Positions 9,555-21,326 are shown, counted from the first letter of the stretch. The stretch is DNA of 64,000 nucleotides from a virus (IMGVR_UViG_3300010373_000043:7189-71188); one strand, 5' to 3'. Program-made: numbers and translations. The notes: generated by a model not told the origin, from the letters alone.

Positions 9555-11960
9555 ATGGCAGGCGAGAATAAGAACCTCGAAATCGGCGTCGTAGTCAACG
9601 AAGGCCAGATGAGCAAGTTCAACACCGCGATTCGCGATGCGACTCGTGAGGTGTCGAAGCTTACGGCTGAGTTGAATCGTGCTGCGTCCGCTTTCAAGGG
9701 CTTCTTGTCTGGAGCCCAGATGTCGGGCAGTGGCCAAGGTTTCCGTCCAGGCTCAGGCTTCGCTCGCGCTCCTCTCTCGCAAGGTGGCATCACTCAGCCT
9801 GCTGTAGCGATTGCATCAGCGATCAAGGCGACTGCGAAGGAGTCGACTGACGCTCTCCGCAGTATGGATCAGGGCGTTCGCACGACATCGAGCAAGATGT
9901 CAAGCAGCCTCGACATGTTCGATCAGGCACTCGCAAAGGTCGAGCGTCGCTTCAAGAGTATCAAGGCTCTTGGTAGCAGTGGCGCTTTGTTCCCTGGTGG
10001 TGGTTCATCGAATGGTGGATTGATTCCTGCGAATGCGAATATCGTTAATCGTGGTGGTATCGATTTCATCGGCCCTTCGAAGGGCGGTGGCGGCGGTGGC
10101 ATTTTCGCAAAGCTGATGCGAGGAGAAGATGTGGGCGACATTGGATCGATGATCCGCAAGGTCGTTCCCTACGCACTAGCAATGCGCGGTGCTCAGATGA
10201 TCGCTAGCGAGATCGCAGCACAGCCGAACGATTTCATGAATCAGGCTGGACGCCAGGGCACTGCATTCGGTGGTCTCGCTGTGAGCATGATGCAGGGTCG
10301 TGACTTCGTCACGCCATACGCTTTGCGTCGCATTGCTGAAGAAGGTAAGGCAAACAATCCTCGCATGACCTACGCTGAGCGCAATAGAATGCTCGGCAAT
10401 CAGCTCAGCTCGCATTGGTGGTACAACGCTATGCCGGAATTCGGCAAGCGTTACTTCAGCACGATGGTAAAGCAAGGTCTCACTCAAGGTGATGGCGCAG
10501 GTAACGCCGCCACTGATCTTATGGGCAATTCGAGTCTGTCGAATAGCTTTATCTCTGCGATCAAGGCAGCTCCTAGTTTGCTCACTCAAGGACCGGGCGG
10601 TGTGTTCCGTGCTCTTGAAGGCTCAGACGTAGATGAGAATCTACGCAAGCTCGGCTATGCGCAGCAATACGCATCAGCTCACCAAGCTGAAGTAGGATTC
10701 CGTGCACGTCAGGCTTACGGCTCAACGTGGGAATCGATGATTCCTGTTATGCGTCAGCTCGGCACGAGTGATCCTTGGACAACGCTTGCTAAGCTTCGTA
10801 TGCGTGGCTTGGGTGGTGGCGATCTTGGTGCTGGCATTGGTCAGGTCGCTCCTCTCGCTGGTTGGGCAAACCGCGGCCTCGGCTACACAGCAATGAACGC
10901 CACGATTGGTCACGTTGATAACGTCGGCCAGCTTCTCGGTGCTGGCATGCAGTCAGGCATCGGTGCCGGTGGTGCACGCAACCTCGCTGGCTTCCTCGCT
11001 GGTAACGGTACAGATCCATATGCACAAGGTGCAATCGCCAAGGCTCTAGCAGCTCAAGCGCTGAACGGCGGTCCTGTTGTCGATCCGACTGGCTCTCTCG
11101 GTGCTCTTAATGCGTTCAATGGTCGCGGCCAAGGTGCTGCTGAGCAAGTGCGCATTGCAAACGCTCAGGCTGGTGGTCTCGGTGCTATCAACAGCGATCT
11201 GTTTGGTGGTGGTATCGATAACCTTCAAAAGGCTCGCAACTACGCTAACGCGATTGATGTGATGCCAAACAACTTGTTTGGCTCGAACTATCTCGCCGAG
11301 CACTTCAACTTCGGCATGTACGCAGCGGCGAAGCGTGGTGGCAAGGGCTATCACGTTCCCGGCGTGATGGCGGCTCGTGGTATCTCGCAGAAGGACATCA
11401 TCGGCTATGGCGATGCGTCCGTAAACAGCATGTTCCGCAACGTCATGCTCGGTGGCACTGACACGCCAATGGGCCAGCTCGCTAGCTCGATGCTGCATGG
11501 CGGTTACGGATCGAACATCGGCAAGTACATCAAGGACCACCGCAAGGATAAGGGCTTTGACGTAAACGGTGTGCTCACAAACTTCGGTGCAATCCTCGCA
11601 TCTGAAGGTTATGGTGGTGGCAACGATCAGACCGCTGAAGGTATCGCTCGCGATCTAGCCGGTATCGAGAATCCTCTTCTTCGCAAGGGGCACTTCCGTG
11701 ATGCTTCTGCTGGCACTAGAGCGCGATTGACTGCTGGTGCAGTAGGTAGTCGCGATCTTGAGACTGCTGGTGCAATTAAGGGCATCACTCCTGAAGAAGC
11801 GAAGAACACTCCTGGTCGTGGCGCAGATGTTGTGGGCGATATCGCTGGCAACATTGGTTACAGCTCGGACGTTGTCGCTGACAAGCTCCTCGGCCTTGCA
11901 GATGTTATCGATCAAGTCACTCAGCGTATCGCTGGTGCTGGTGGCGGCTACGTCAAGTAA
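9555..11960 (+). CDS. Tail tape measure protein
   Basis: 801 aa, Ala/Gly-rich helical, between chaperones and baseplate hub; CAATCTT at 9530. Confidence 0.75.
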   Translation: MAGENKNLEIGVVVNEGQMSKFNTAIRDATREVSKLTAELNRAASAFKGFLSGAQMSGSGQGFRPGSGFARAPLSQGGITQPAVAIASAIKATAKESTDALRSMDQGVRTTSSKMSSSLDMFDQALAKVERRFKSIKALGSSGALFPGGGSSNGGLIPANANIVNRGGIDFIGPSKGGGGGGIFAKLMRGEDVGDIGSMIRKVVPYALAMRGAQMIASEIAAQPNDFMNQAGRQGTAFGGLAVSMMQGRDFVTPYALRRIAEEGKANNPRMTYAERNRMLGNQLSSHWWYNAMPEFGKRYFSTMVKQGLTQGDGAGNAATDLMGNSSLSNSFISAIKAAPSLLTQGPGGVFRALEGSDVDENLRKLGYAQQYASAHQAEVGFRARQAYGSTWESMIPVMRQLGTSDPWTTLAKLRMRGLGGGDLGAGIGQVAPLAGWANRGLGYTAMNATIGHVDNVGQLLGAGMQSGIGAGGARNLAGFLAGNGTDPYAQGAIAKALAAQALNGGPVVDPTGSLGALNAFNGRGQGAAEQVRIANAQAGGLGAINSDLFGGGIDNLQKARNYANAIDVMPNNLFGSNYLAEHFNFGMYAAAKRGGKGYHVPGVMAARGISQKDIIGYGDASVNSMFRNVMLGGTDTPMGQLASSMLHGGYGSNIGKYIKDHRKDKGFDVNGVLTNFGAILASEGYGGGNDQTAEGIARDLAGIENPLLRKGHFRDASAGTRARLTAGAVGSRDLETAGAIKGITPEEAKNTPGRGADVVGDIAGNIGYSSDVVADKLLGLADVIDQVTQRIAGAGGGYVK

Positions 11961-13900
11961 TGGCTACGCAAGCTCCTACATACGATCTGCTCACTGAATT
12001 CGGTGATGGTGCGGAAGCGTCGAAGTCAACCTCGACGAGTCCGTATTGGGTGATTTGCGTATTCCCTCTTGGATTGCCGCTATCATTTTCTCGTTCGTCG
12101 ATGGCTTCTGTTGAGCAGTTGCCTTCACATGGAGCACAGCTTCGCGGTCCGCGTCTAATCATCACTGGTGATTGCAAGCAGCTCACCATCACGAATTCGA
12201 AGGCGAGCCATCTCAAGTCTCTGCAAGCTACATTGCTCCAGACATCGACCAATTATCTCGTCGAGATTCTGCCGGGTGATTGGGTCATGGCGTGGATCGT
12301 CAACTACGAAGACAAAGCCGTTGGCAACAACGGCATCGTGTCTCGTCTGCGCTCTGGCGATCCTTGCAACAATTTCGACGATGGATTGAAGTTTGTTGGT
12401 CGCGTCGACAACATCGAGAAGATGATCGATCGCGGTCCTGACGGGCAGCTCACTTCGAAGTACGCTCTCTCGGCTAACGCATTCAAGGAATTTGATTCTT
12501 CGATATTCTACGAATACAACTTCGCTGAGTTTGCGAAGAACCAAGTCGGTACGTGGCTCGCGAAGATCGGTCTCAACATCAACGAGCTATTTCGCTCTAC
12601 AAAGAATGGTGGCATCCAAGACAATGTCCATGTCTTGATTCCATCTCTGTTCGAGATCCTATTCGGCTCGGGCATCAGCCCCAACATCAATCCTGGCGGC
12701 ACGAGACTGCAAGCTGCAACAGGAGCGCTCGGTCCTTCGTCAACGACGAACAACAAGGAAGCTCCGTTCGCGTACCTTGTGCCCGAGGAGATCGGTGACG
12801 CTCTCAACAAGGAATCGCGTTCAAAGACCGGTGGCGTGCTTGCGTTTGCAGATATCGTCGAGCTTGTATTTGGAGTGCAGCAGTACTCGAATACGAATTC
12901 AGGAATCTCTTCGTACACGATGTTTCTGCCTGACACGCAAGATAGCGGTGGTACTAGCAACAACCCTCACCATTACACAGGCACGCCTCTGCTGGGAGCA
13001 TTCATGCCTCTCATGCCGACATTCACGAACACTCCGTTCTGGAATGTGCTTGAGCAATTCCTCAATGCAACCGTCAATGAGATGTACACGTGTCTGCGTG
13101 TGAACAAGGACGGCTATATCGTTCCACAGCTCATTGTTCGTCAGATCCCGTTCACCACGGACATATTCGCCGAGCAGATGGCGAGTGGATTGCCCTCAAA
13201 TCAGAGTGGGCCTCTCAACCAAAATCAGAACGTCTCGATTCCGGTCACACGCTTTCTTAGCTTGCCTCGATGGAAGATGTCGCCGGTCTTGCTCTCTAAG
13301 GTGAGAGTTGGGCGTTCCGATGCAACACGCGTCAACTTCGTTCATGTCTACGGACAGAACAGCTATAACACAGGTATTCCGATTGTCCGTCAGCTCGTGG
13401 TGAATCCGCCCGTGCGTGATGATATTGATATCCAGAGATCCGGTCTGCGACCATACATCCAAACTGTCGCCTGCGACGCTGTCAATCAAGTGGGTAAGAC
13501 TCCTGGTGTGTGGATGGACTTGGTCGCAGACCGTCTCATTGGATCACAATTCACGCTAAACGGTACCATGCAGAGCACGGGCATTTCGGCTCCTATTTGC
13601 GAAGGTGATAACCTCGAATTTGACGGCGTTGTCTATCACATCGAAGGCGTTGTGCATCAGTGTGCTATAGACGCGAACGGCAATCGCACATTCCAAACAC
13701 AGCTTTCTTTGTCGAACGGTATGCGCACAGCTCCCGAGACCGTTGCTGACGTATCAGCTTCTAACACCGAAGCGGCCATCTATCCTGGTGTGGCTCAGGA
13801 CGATCTCACTCAGTACGATCCAGGCATCACTGACGATCACACGACGCCAAATGAGCAAGTCAACGATGGTCTGCGTTCAGGAAAGCCGGGTAAGGTCTAA
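11960..13900 (+). CDS. Baseplate hub/tail protein
   Basis: Follows tape measure; C-terminal LNGT...GDNL...YHIEGV.H hub-like pattern. Confidence 0.65.
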   Translation: MATQAPTYDLLTEFGDGAEASKSTSTSPYWVICVFPLGLPLSFSRSSMASVEQLPSHGAQLRGPRLIITGDCKQLTITNSKASHLKSLQATLLQTSTNYLVEILPGDWVMAWIVNYEDKAVGNNGIVSRLRSGDPCNNFDDGLKFVGRVDNIEKMIDRGPDGQLTSKYALSANAFKEFDSSIFYEYNFAEFAKNQVGTWLAKIGLNINELFRSTKNGGIQDNVHVLIPSLFEILFGSGISPNINPGGTRLQAATGALGPSSTTNNKEAPFAYLVPEEIGDALNKESRSKTGGVLAFADIVELVFGVQQYSNTNSGISSYTMFLPDTQDSGGTSNNPHHYTGTPLLGAFMPLMPTFTNTPFWNVLEQFLNATVNEMYTCLRVNKDGYIVPQLIVRQIPFTTDIFAEQMASGLPSNQSGPLNQNQNVSIPVTRFLSLPRWKMSPVLLSKVRVGRSDATRVNFVHVYGQNSYNTGIPIVRQLVVNPPVRDDIDIQRSGLRPYIQTVACDAVNQVGKTPGVWMDLVADRLIGSQFTLNGTMQSTGISAPICEGDNLEFDGVVYHIEGVVHQCAIDANGNRTFQTQLSLSNGMRTAPETVADVSASNTEAAIYPGVAQDDLTQYDPGITDDHTTPNEQVNDGLRSGKPGKV

Positions 13901-14838
13901 TGCCAGTAATTCCTAGCCATCTACGTATAGGCAAGACTCAGCGCTTCTCTGATGGAGGAGTGTTCGATGATATCCAACTTCACTTTGGTGAAGTACAGGA
14001 GGTCATCTACGCAAATGATGAACGCTCACGCTCGAAGCAATTCACTGAATACTCAGTCTATGTGCAGTACAGAGATCCCGACACCAAGGCTGGTGTGGGA
14101 AAGATCTATGACAACTGCATCATCTCGAACGTGTTCGGTGGCGTTGCTGACAACGTCTCTTACAACCTACGTGGCGACAAGAGCGTATCGAAGCCTTCAA
14201 CCAATCGCCTCGGCCTCGGCTCGAAGGTGCTGTTGGCTTGCATCAATGGCGAGACCCAGTTTCCAGTAATTATCGGCGCGATTGGCGATCCACAAGACAA
14301 GTCGCAGAACGGCGATGCAGATCAGAAGCTCGGGCATTACTTCCGCTTCACATTTAACGGCATCGTAGTACTCATTAACAACGATGGCGAAGTGAGCATC
14401 ACGCGTAATGGCCCTACGAAGATCGATGGTTCGTTGCAGGATGGTGTCGACAAGAAGACCGTCGGTGCATCTATCACGCTGAACAAAGATGGCAAGATCA
14501 TCGTCAAAGAGAATCAAGCTCTCGAAATCGGCGATGCTACCGATCACTTCATCCTCGGCGACACATACCGCAACGCCGAGCATGATATGAATCAGTCTCT
14601 TCAGACTGGCCTACAGAACGTAGCTCAGAAGCTCACGATCGCTAGCACTCAGCTCGCAGCAGCCGGTGCTTCAATGGCTACGCCCATCACTGGCGCAGTG
14701 GCGGCAGCTCCTAACGTCACCTCGGCGTCGGTGCAGCTTGCTTTGGCTGTGGCCGAGCTGAACAAGATGGCTACGGCTATCGCCAAGATGGAAGCTCAGG
14801 CTAAGAAGTATCTGTCGTCTAAGAACAAGACTGACTAA
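13900..14838 (+). CDS. Baseplate spike (gpV/gp45-like)
   Basis: OB-like N-terminus GSKVLLACINGE..PVIIG followed by beta-repeat region. Confidence 0.65.
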   Translation: MPVIPSHLRIGKTQRFSDGGVFDDIQLHFGEVQEVIYANDERSRSKQFTEYSVYVQYRDPDTKAGVGKIYDNCIISNVFGGVADNVSYNLRGDKSVSKPSTNRLGLGSKVLLACINGETQFPVIIGAIGDPQDKSQNGDADQKLGHYFRFTFNGIVVLINNDGEVSITRNGPTKIDGSLQDGVDKKTVGASITLNKDGKIIVKENQALEIGDATDHFILGDTYRNAEHDMNQSLQTGLQNVAQKLTIASTQLAAAGASMATPITGAVAAAPNVTSASVQLALAVAELNKMATAIAKMEAQAKKYLSSKNKTD

Positions 14839-14861
14839 CGCAATCTTTATAGTCACAAGCC

Positions 14862-17339
14862 ATGGCGACGGTTAAGAACAACGCATCGATCAATGCGGAT
14901 GCTATCTCAGCGAAGGACAATAGCTCAGTAGAGCAGAACGATCCGTTCTGGACTCATGCTGACATCGATACGCTTCGTTGGAATCAGCAATTCGCTTATC
15001 AGTTGCTCCTCGTGAAGCGTGAAAACGGTCAGTACATCATTGACCAGACTGCTTCGAAGTGGCAGTTCACCTTGCCGATTGGCCCATCAGGCGTCTCGTA
15101 TTCGATGCCATTCGCGATCAATGGAGAAGTGAAGCTCGACGGCTTCAGCGAGCAGCACGGCGGTGCTCCTGTTCGAGCTATCACCATGAGCGGCACGACC
15201 GGAGTGTTGCCTCTCAAGGGCTCAGCTCCATCACGCTCGACCGCTGGATTCTTCTCAGGTATCTTTGCCGGCACTGTAGCCGCAGCTCAGCGTACAGCTC
15301 AATCGGCAGTCTCGCTCGCTACCGGCATATCAGCTTCTCCGAATATCGTCACTGATGACGATTTCCAAGACACGACCATTTCTAAGACTACTGGATATTA
15401 CCAATTCAGAAAGCTTCAAGAGTTTTTTGAGAACTATGCTGCGTTCAAGAAGCTGCAAACGTCTCAGGACTACGTCCTCGCTTTGGCTATCTGGAAGGAT
15501 CAGGCTGTCTATCTCGTCACTCCGACGCAGTTCAACGTAACCCGTTCTGCCGATTCTCCGTACGAGTACCCATTCACGCTTGCATTCAAGTCGTGGAAGC
15601 GCGTGAACCTGCAACAGTCAGGACCACCCGCTAATTCATTCACACCTGTTACTCGCCAGCCTTCTGCTCTTGGCAACATGCTCGCATCGCTGATGAAGGC
15701 ACGTCAGGTACTCGAAGGTGTTCGCGACACGATCCAAGCTGTGGGTGGTGATGTCGATACATTCTTGTTCACGCCGATCCGTGAGACCGTGTTGTGGGTG
15801 AAGGATCTTCTTGGTGTGCCGATCGCATTTGCCGATTTGCCCGTGCAGATCATCAGCGACGCAAAGCAAGCAATCATCACTGCCGTTGGCGTGCAGTACG
15901 CAGCCCAGGGCGTGCCCGCTGCATTCTTTAATGCTCAGCAATCGACGCAGGACTTGTTTGCTCAGATTGGCCAGATCGCTTCGCAGACAGATCAAGCAAC
16001 AACTCAGGGCGGTCTCTCGCAGGACGTGAATGTCATCGACGGCTCGACGACGACTGACTACGCACAAAAGATTTTCGAGAACCCCGAGATGTACTATGAC
16101 TTCTTTAGTCGTATTAACGTCGCATCAGTATCTCTATCTCCATTCGTCATTCGCTCTATCGTGAATGAACGTGATCGTGTTCGTCAGATCACTCGCCTCG
16201 ACTACGAACAGCGTCGTGATCAATTCGTACAGGCTATGAGCGACTACGCTGACTTCGTTGGTGCTGGCAACGCTACGTATGCAGCTACGTATGGGCGTGC
16301 AGCACCTACTACGACTCGCACACCGTCGACGCAAGACTTCCAAGTCATCTTCGCGATGAATCGCGTGATCATGGAGCTGAATCGTCTCGCTGCATCTGGT
16401 GAAACCAACCAATTCCAGGTCGACTCGATCAACTATGTTGCCGGTCTTGCATCGAAGTCTGGCATCGCATTCACGAAGCCTCAATCGAAGTTCGCTGTGC
16501 CGTTCCCGTATGGAATGACACTCGAAGAGCTTGCACAGCGCTACTTGCTATCGCCCGATCGTTGGATCGAGATTGCAACGCTCAATGGCCTGCGCGCTCC
16601 GTACGTAGATGAAGTGGGCTTCGATCTGCCGCTTCTCACGAATGGTCACGACAACCAAGTCACCATCGGCGATGCAACGAATCTATTCATCGGCCAGCAA
16701 GTGTGGCTCAGCTCGACCACGACAGCACGTACATCGCGTCGCATCGTGAAGCTCGAAACGCTAATGTCGGGCCAGACGATCCTCACGCTCGATGGCGATC
16801 CAGACCTAGCACGCTTCTCTACGCTTGCTCAGGCATCGCTGCATGCGTTCTTGCCTGACACTGTCAACTCGATGATGCAAATCTACATCCCGTCTCCTGA
16901 TGAGCCGGCTGATGAGGATTATCGTCTCAAGTCGATTCCAGGTGTGAACTACTTCGATCCGCTTGTCGAGGCGGCTGGCGTAGACATCTTGTTGACAGAG
17001 AGCTTGGATCTTGCGATCACACCTGATGGTGATTGTCGTCTTGCCGTTGGTCTCGCGAACGTCGTACAAACCGCACGCATTCGCTTGAGCACGCCGCAGG
17101 GCACGCTTATTCGTCATCCGAGCTTTGGTCTGGCAATCAAGCCGGGCGAGTCCACAGCAGATGTGGATGCACAGACGCTACTGCGTAGCTGCCAGGATCT
17201 CTTTGCAGACGATCCTACGTTCACTGGTGTTGAATCAGCTTCGATTGCGAAGCAGGGTCCGTCAGTGTTGATCCAATTGCAGGTTGGTATTCGTGGCGTG
17301 AGCCAGAACATTCCTGTTACGTTCAAGCTACAGGGCTAA
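14862..17339 (+). CDS. Baseplate protein with LysM-like and C-terminal gp25/gpW-like domains
   Basis: TLEELAQRYL..PDRWIEIATLNGL (LysM); DGD.RLAVG.AN.VQ...RLSTPQGTL.RHPSFG (gp25-like). Confidence 0.75.
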   Translation: MATVKNNASINADAISAKDNSSVEQNDPFWTHADIDTLRWNQQFAYQLLLVKRENGQYIIDQTASKWQFTLPIGPSGVSYSMPFAINGEVKLDGFSEQHGGAPVRAITMSGTTGVLPLKGSAPSRSTAGFFSGIFAGTVAAAQRTAQSAVSLATGISASPNIVTDDDFQDTTISKTTGYYQFRKLQEFFENYAAFKKLQTSQDYVLALAIWKDQAVYLVTPTQFNVTRSADSPYEYPFTLAFKSWKRVNLQQSGPPANSFTPVTRQPSALGNMLASLMKARQVLEGVRDTIQAVGGDVDTFLFTPIRETVLWVKDLLGVPIAFADLPVQIISDAKQAIITAVGVQYAAQGVPAAFFNAQQSTQDLFAQIGQIASQTDQATTQGGLSQDVNVIDGSTTTDYAQKIFENPEMYYDFFSRINVASVSLSPFVIRSIVNERDRVRQITRLDYEQRRDQFVQAMSDYADFVGAGNATYAATYGRAAPTTTRTPSTQDFQVIFAMNRVIMELNRLAASGETNQFQVDSINYVAGLASKSGIAFTKPQSKFAVPFPYGMTLEELAQRYLLSPDRWIEIATLNGLRAPYVDEVGFDLPLLTNGHDNQVTIGDATNLFIGQQVWLSSTTTARTSRRIVKLETLMSGQTILTLDGDPDLARFSTLAQASLHAFLPDTVNSMMQIYIPSPDEPADEDYRLKSIPGVNYFDPLVEAAGVDILLTESLDLAITPDGDCRLAVGLANVVQTARIRLSTPQGTLIRHPSFGLAIKPGESTADVDAQTLLRSCQDLFADDPTFTGVESASIAKQGPSVLIQLQVGIRGVSQNIPVTFKLQG

Positions 17340-17354
17340 CGATTCTGGTAGTTC

Positions 17355-18250
17355 TCACTCGTCGCCGCACGGGCAGAGCGCCTTGATGCCCTCGCATTCG
17401 CCGCTCGGGTTCTCCCACGTGGCAAATTCAACAGCCCACCCCGAATAGCTGCGTTGCTCGTCGTCCGGCCGGGTCGCGGCGAACGCGTCAATGCGTGGCT
17501 GCCGATGCCTCGCGTTCGGCGACACTTCAGCATGGCGCTTGGCAAACTCGATTGCGTTCATCGTCATTCTCATAGCGCTATGATATCGCCCACGGCGTGG
17601 ATCTCGTATCCGCCCGTGTAGCCCATGCGCTCGATTGCGGCCTCGGCTAGGCCCACGTCTGCATCGTTACGCACGTTGACGCGTAGCAGGTATTCGTTCT
17701 TGCCGATGTCGAATCCAATGCCGACGCCCTTGAACCATTCGGGCAGATCGATCTTCATACCCGGCTCGTAGGTGCCGATCGTGCGCATGAATTCGTACTT
17801 CGCTTCCTGAATCTCACTCCACGTCATCATCGTCCTCTTCCTCATCCTCGTGGCATTTGCAATAGCATTTGTCTGGATCGAGTGGTGTTGGCTCGAAACC
17901 TTTCCAATACTGATGCTCACCGAAGAAATATTTCTTCGGACCGGTGCGAATGATGACCGCAAGCTCAAGCACAGCAAAGAAGCCTATGATGAGCGTCCAG
18001 ATCATTCGTACTTGTACTCGTCAGCGACGATGACGAAGTCAGCGGAGTAGCAATTCGACACCGCAGTGACCATGATCGGATCATCGCCGGCAGTCTTGTA
18101 GACTGCGCCGCGACGCTGCTGGTAGCGCTTCCACTCCATCTTGCCGCATGCAACGCAGTGATAGAGGTCCATAGCTCCGCACTCGCCACGACCTTCCATA
18201 AGGCCGCAGCCACGCGGGCAAGGCACTTCTGGTTGCGTTTGGATCTTCAT
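17355..18250 (-). CDS. Four small hypothetical genes (~18002..18250, 17814..18005, 17570..~17830, 17355..17573)
   Basis: Coupled overlaps; one has CPRGCG/CVACG Zn-ribbon motifs. Confidence 0.5.
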
Positions 18251-18717
18251 CGACGTGATGGTGAAATTGAGTAGCGCTTGCTGGGCTCTGGACCGAATAC
18301 GCCCAAAGCCTTCAGGCGGCGATACTTCTCGTTGTTCATCCAGCCTTGGTTGGTGAGATAGCCCCACGTGCGTTCACGCTTGCCAGTGACGACCAAGCTC
18401 CAGCTCGTGCCGTTCAACAGGCGCAGGATCTTGTGGTACTCGCCGGCTGCCTGCATGCGCTTGAACGTGAATGGACTCGCCACACGCGTACTCACGATGC
18501 TGTTCTGATCGCAGTACAACTCCATGTAGCCACCCTTCAGGATGAAGCTCAGGAAGTTCCACGGATGGTCGTGCATGAAATGGTCACGATCGTGGTCGTA
18601 GACCGCATGGATCAGCACTTGGAACCATCGCGTATTGATGGCACGCCATCGACGGAATACGACGCGACCAGCCTGCGACTTGATTTCGCGAGTCAAGAAT
18701 CGATCAAAGAAGCCCAC
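18247..18717 (-). CDS. Cupin-like phage protein
   Basis: HDHPWNF.SFILKGGY.E ... H.I ... WSLVVTG...R.WGY. Confidence 0.75.
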   Translation of the reverse strand: MGFFDRFLTREIKSQAGRVVFRRWRAINTRWFQVLIHAVYDHDRDHFMHDHPWNFLSFILKGGYMELYCDQNSIVSTRVASPFTFKRMQAAGEYHKILRLLNGTSWSLVVTGKRERTWGYLTNQGWMNNEKYRRLKALGVFGPEPSKRYSISPSRR

Positions 18718-19399
18718 TCTTCACTCCACAATTCTTCTGACACGCAACGGTCGTGTTGAATCCGATGTACGCAGGCCCCTTGCACGCAGGACACACGTGA
18801 GGAAATTCGGCGATGGTCCTGCCTGAAACACTCGCGGCCTTCTTAATGGGCCCGTCGAGAAACTCGACAATGCTCATCGGGCTGACCCAGCGATAGACCG
18901 GAGCCTTTCTATCCGCGTCGATCACGAACACGGTCGTGCTCGTTGCCGATAGTCGCCCAGATCCTCCGTCGAGACAGAGGTAGCCGGTTTCGCGTTTGAA
19001 ACCAACCACACGTCCGGTCGGATGGCTCATCGATTTGACCTTGACCATGCGGCCGGCGTTATCGCGCGCCCACTTCTCCAGATTGTCGATAATCATCGGA
19101 CGATCTCCACAGTCGATTGCATCCAGCCCATTTCCATGCGATCGCGACACTTGGAGCAGTACATCTCTTCCATTGGTTTTGCGATGTGACTGATGTCTGT
19201 CGTAGCGAGCTTATGCTCAGCATGGCAACGCACGCACGCGTAGATGTGTACCGCGTATGTGAGCGGCGGCGCCTTGCCACGACCAGCGATGCGCCAGCCG
19301 AGACGACGGAACACGAGGGCGAGCTTCTGGAATCTGAAATAGCTCTTCTTGCATGCGTACAAGAAAGCGATCCCGACCATCACCCTTATGTAGCCGAGC
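18704..19399 (-). CDS. Two Zn-ribbon hypothetical proteins
   Basis: CPAC..C...C in 18704..~19096; CVRC/CSKC in the C-terminal part of ORF 19093..19599. Confidence 0.5.
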
Positions 19400-19403
19400 T
19401 TGC

Positions 19404-20135
19404 TCACTTGACGTCGCAGACCGAAGCGAACTTGACTTCCTGGTAGCCGCACCACTGCTTGTTGTCGACGGCGTACAGGTGCGGGTACGTGTCGATGACG
19501 AAGTACTTGTAGCCGAGCTTGACTGCGTGCTTCGCGCACTCCTGGAGTTGCACCCATTCGGTTGCCGCCTTGGCTCCGATGTTGAGCACGTTCTTCCACG
19601 TCAGCTCTTTGAGGATCTTCTCACGATCCTCACGACGCTGCACTTCGGCCTTCAGCTCTTCGGTGGTGAAGTTCTTTAGCACGATACTCATGATGTACCT
19701 CTTTTAGCGAATCTCGCTCTTGTCGATCGGCAGCGACTTGAAGTGGAAGCCGGGCTCGCTCCACATCGGCTCTCCGACGGCGTAGACGTTCTGGTAGCCC
19801 TTGACCACGAAGTACTTGTAGCCGAGCATCGCAGCGGCCTTGGCAATGCGGTGGAACGTCATGCCGCCCGGCCACTGATCGTTGGTCACGTTCATGACCT
19901 TCTGCCACGTCATGTCCTTCATGTGCTGGTCGCGCTCTTCACGCTTCTTCAGCTCTGCACGGATCTCTTCCGTCGTGCAGTCCTTGAGACTCTTGTTCAT
20001 GTCTTTCCATTCCTTCATCGTGTACGCACCGAGAGTGACCTTCGGCGGATAGAACACGTGCTTGCCGAAAAAGTCGTAATCGTAGTCGCGCTCGTACGGA
20101 GCCCAGGAATACTTGATGTCATGACGAAGTGACAT
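19404..20135 (-). CDS. Tandem paralogous hypothetical proteins (19704..20135, 19404..19691)
   Basis: Shared LK..TTEE..AE...RE and LGYKYFV...Y...YAV. Confidence 0.7.
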
Positions 20136-20647
20136 TACTTCTTCTCCTGAATCATCTTCTGCATGAGGTACTGCATCACCGACTCCGGCGTGTAGCGCTT
20201 GATCTCTTCCCAGTTGCCCACGCGCATCCATTCCTTGATCTGCGTCGAGCTGACGTGCTGGTAGTTGTCGTTGGCCGGAATCAGGATTGTCTCGACATGC
20301 GCACGCTTGCGATTGAAGTCGGCGATCTCTTTCTCGTAGAGATAGTCCTTCTCGTTGCGCACGCCACGCACGAGCACGGCTTCGTCGCCGTACAGATCGC
20401 GGGCCCAGTCAGCGACGTATCCGTACGTGGCTGAGACGCCGACCTTGTACTTCAGTATCGCATTGTAGTCGCGGTGCAATGCATCGCGGATGAGGTTGTG
20501 TCGCTCTTCACCCGTCAGCATGTGCTGCTTGTTCGGATTGGTTGCGAGCAACACCACGCCCTTGCCGAAGTGCCTGACCATCATGTCGATGACGTTCATG
20601 TGCCCCTTGGTCAAGGGATCGAACGTGCCTGCGTAGATCGGTGTCAC
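20135..20647 (-). CDS. coaD: Phosphopantetheine adenylyltransferase
   Basis: IYAGTFDPLTKGH, LVRGVR...DY.YE, VSST.IKE motifs. Confidence 0.88.
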   Translation of the reverse strand: MTPIYAGTFDPLTKGHMNVIDMMVRHFGKGVVLLATNPNKQHMLTGEERHNLIRDALHRDYNAILKYKVGVSATYGYVADWARDLYGDEAVLVRGVRNEKDYLYEKEIADFNRKRAHVETILIPANDNYQHVSSTQIKEWMRVGNWEEIKRYTPESVMQYLMQKMIQEKK

Positions 20648-21326
20648 TATCTGCCTCCAATTTGATAAGCTTCGGTGCAGATCCACCAGACACCTACGAC
20701 AATTCCGACCATGATACCGATAATGGGGATGAGCACGGCGAAGAATACGCCGATTTCCCCATCAGCAGTTTCGCACCGTCCTCCAGTGATCTTACCCATG
20801 ATAGAAGCAGACAAAACCATGAGGAGCACGTAGAAGATAGTTCCGAATATGATGGGTACAGCAATCATTCTTGCACCTTCTTAGCGAGCTTCGCACCGAG
20901 ATCGACAATCGGACCCAGTAAGCCCTTCCACAGCCACACGCAAAGACCCACAAAGAGACCGATGAATGCGACAATTGGTGCGAACAGAGTCGTGAAGGCG
21001 ATTCCCCTCAGATCTTCCTCGTCCACATCGCTTCTGTTGTCGAAGAATTGATGACAAAAGCCGAAGCAGAAGAAGCCCAGCACAACCCATAGTAGGCCGA
21101 GAAGGATAATAAGAATCGGGCCCATCTACTTGCAGCTCTCTGCCTTGGAAGGCTGCGGATTGCACTGGCACAGCTCGGAGTTGACGAACCTCACGCCAAC
21201 CGAACCGCACGCCTTGCCACAGGCTTCGATTGAAGCACCGTCGACGCAGCCGCAGCACATGGCGACCATGCCGCCGATGCCGACGAGGAGCACGATCCAC
21301 CAGATCGCTTTCGTGAACGACTTCAT
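20647..21326 (-). CDS. Three small membrane proteins (21126..~21326, 20865..21125, 20647..20868)
   Basis: Hydrophobic helices, coupled starts/stops. Confidence 0.55.
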
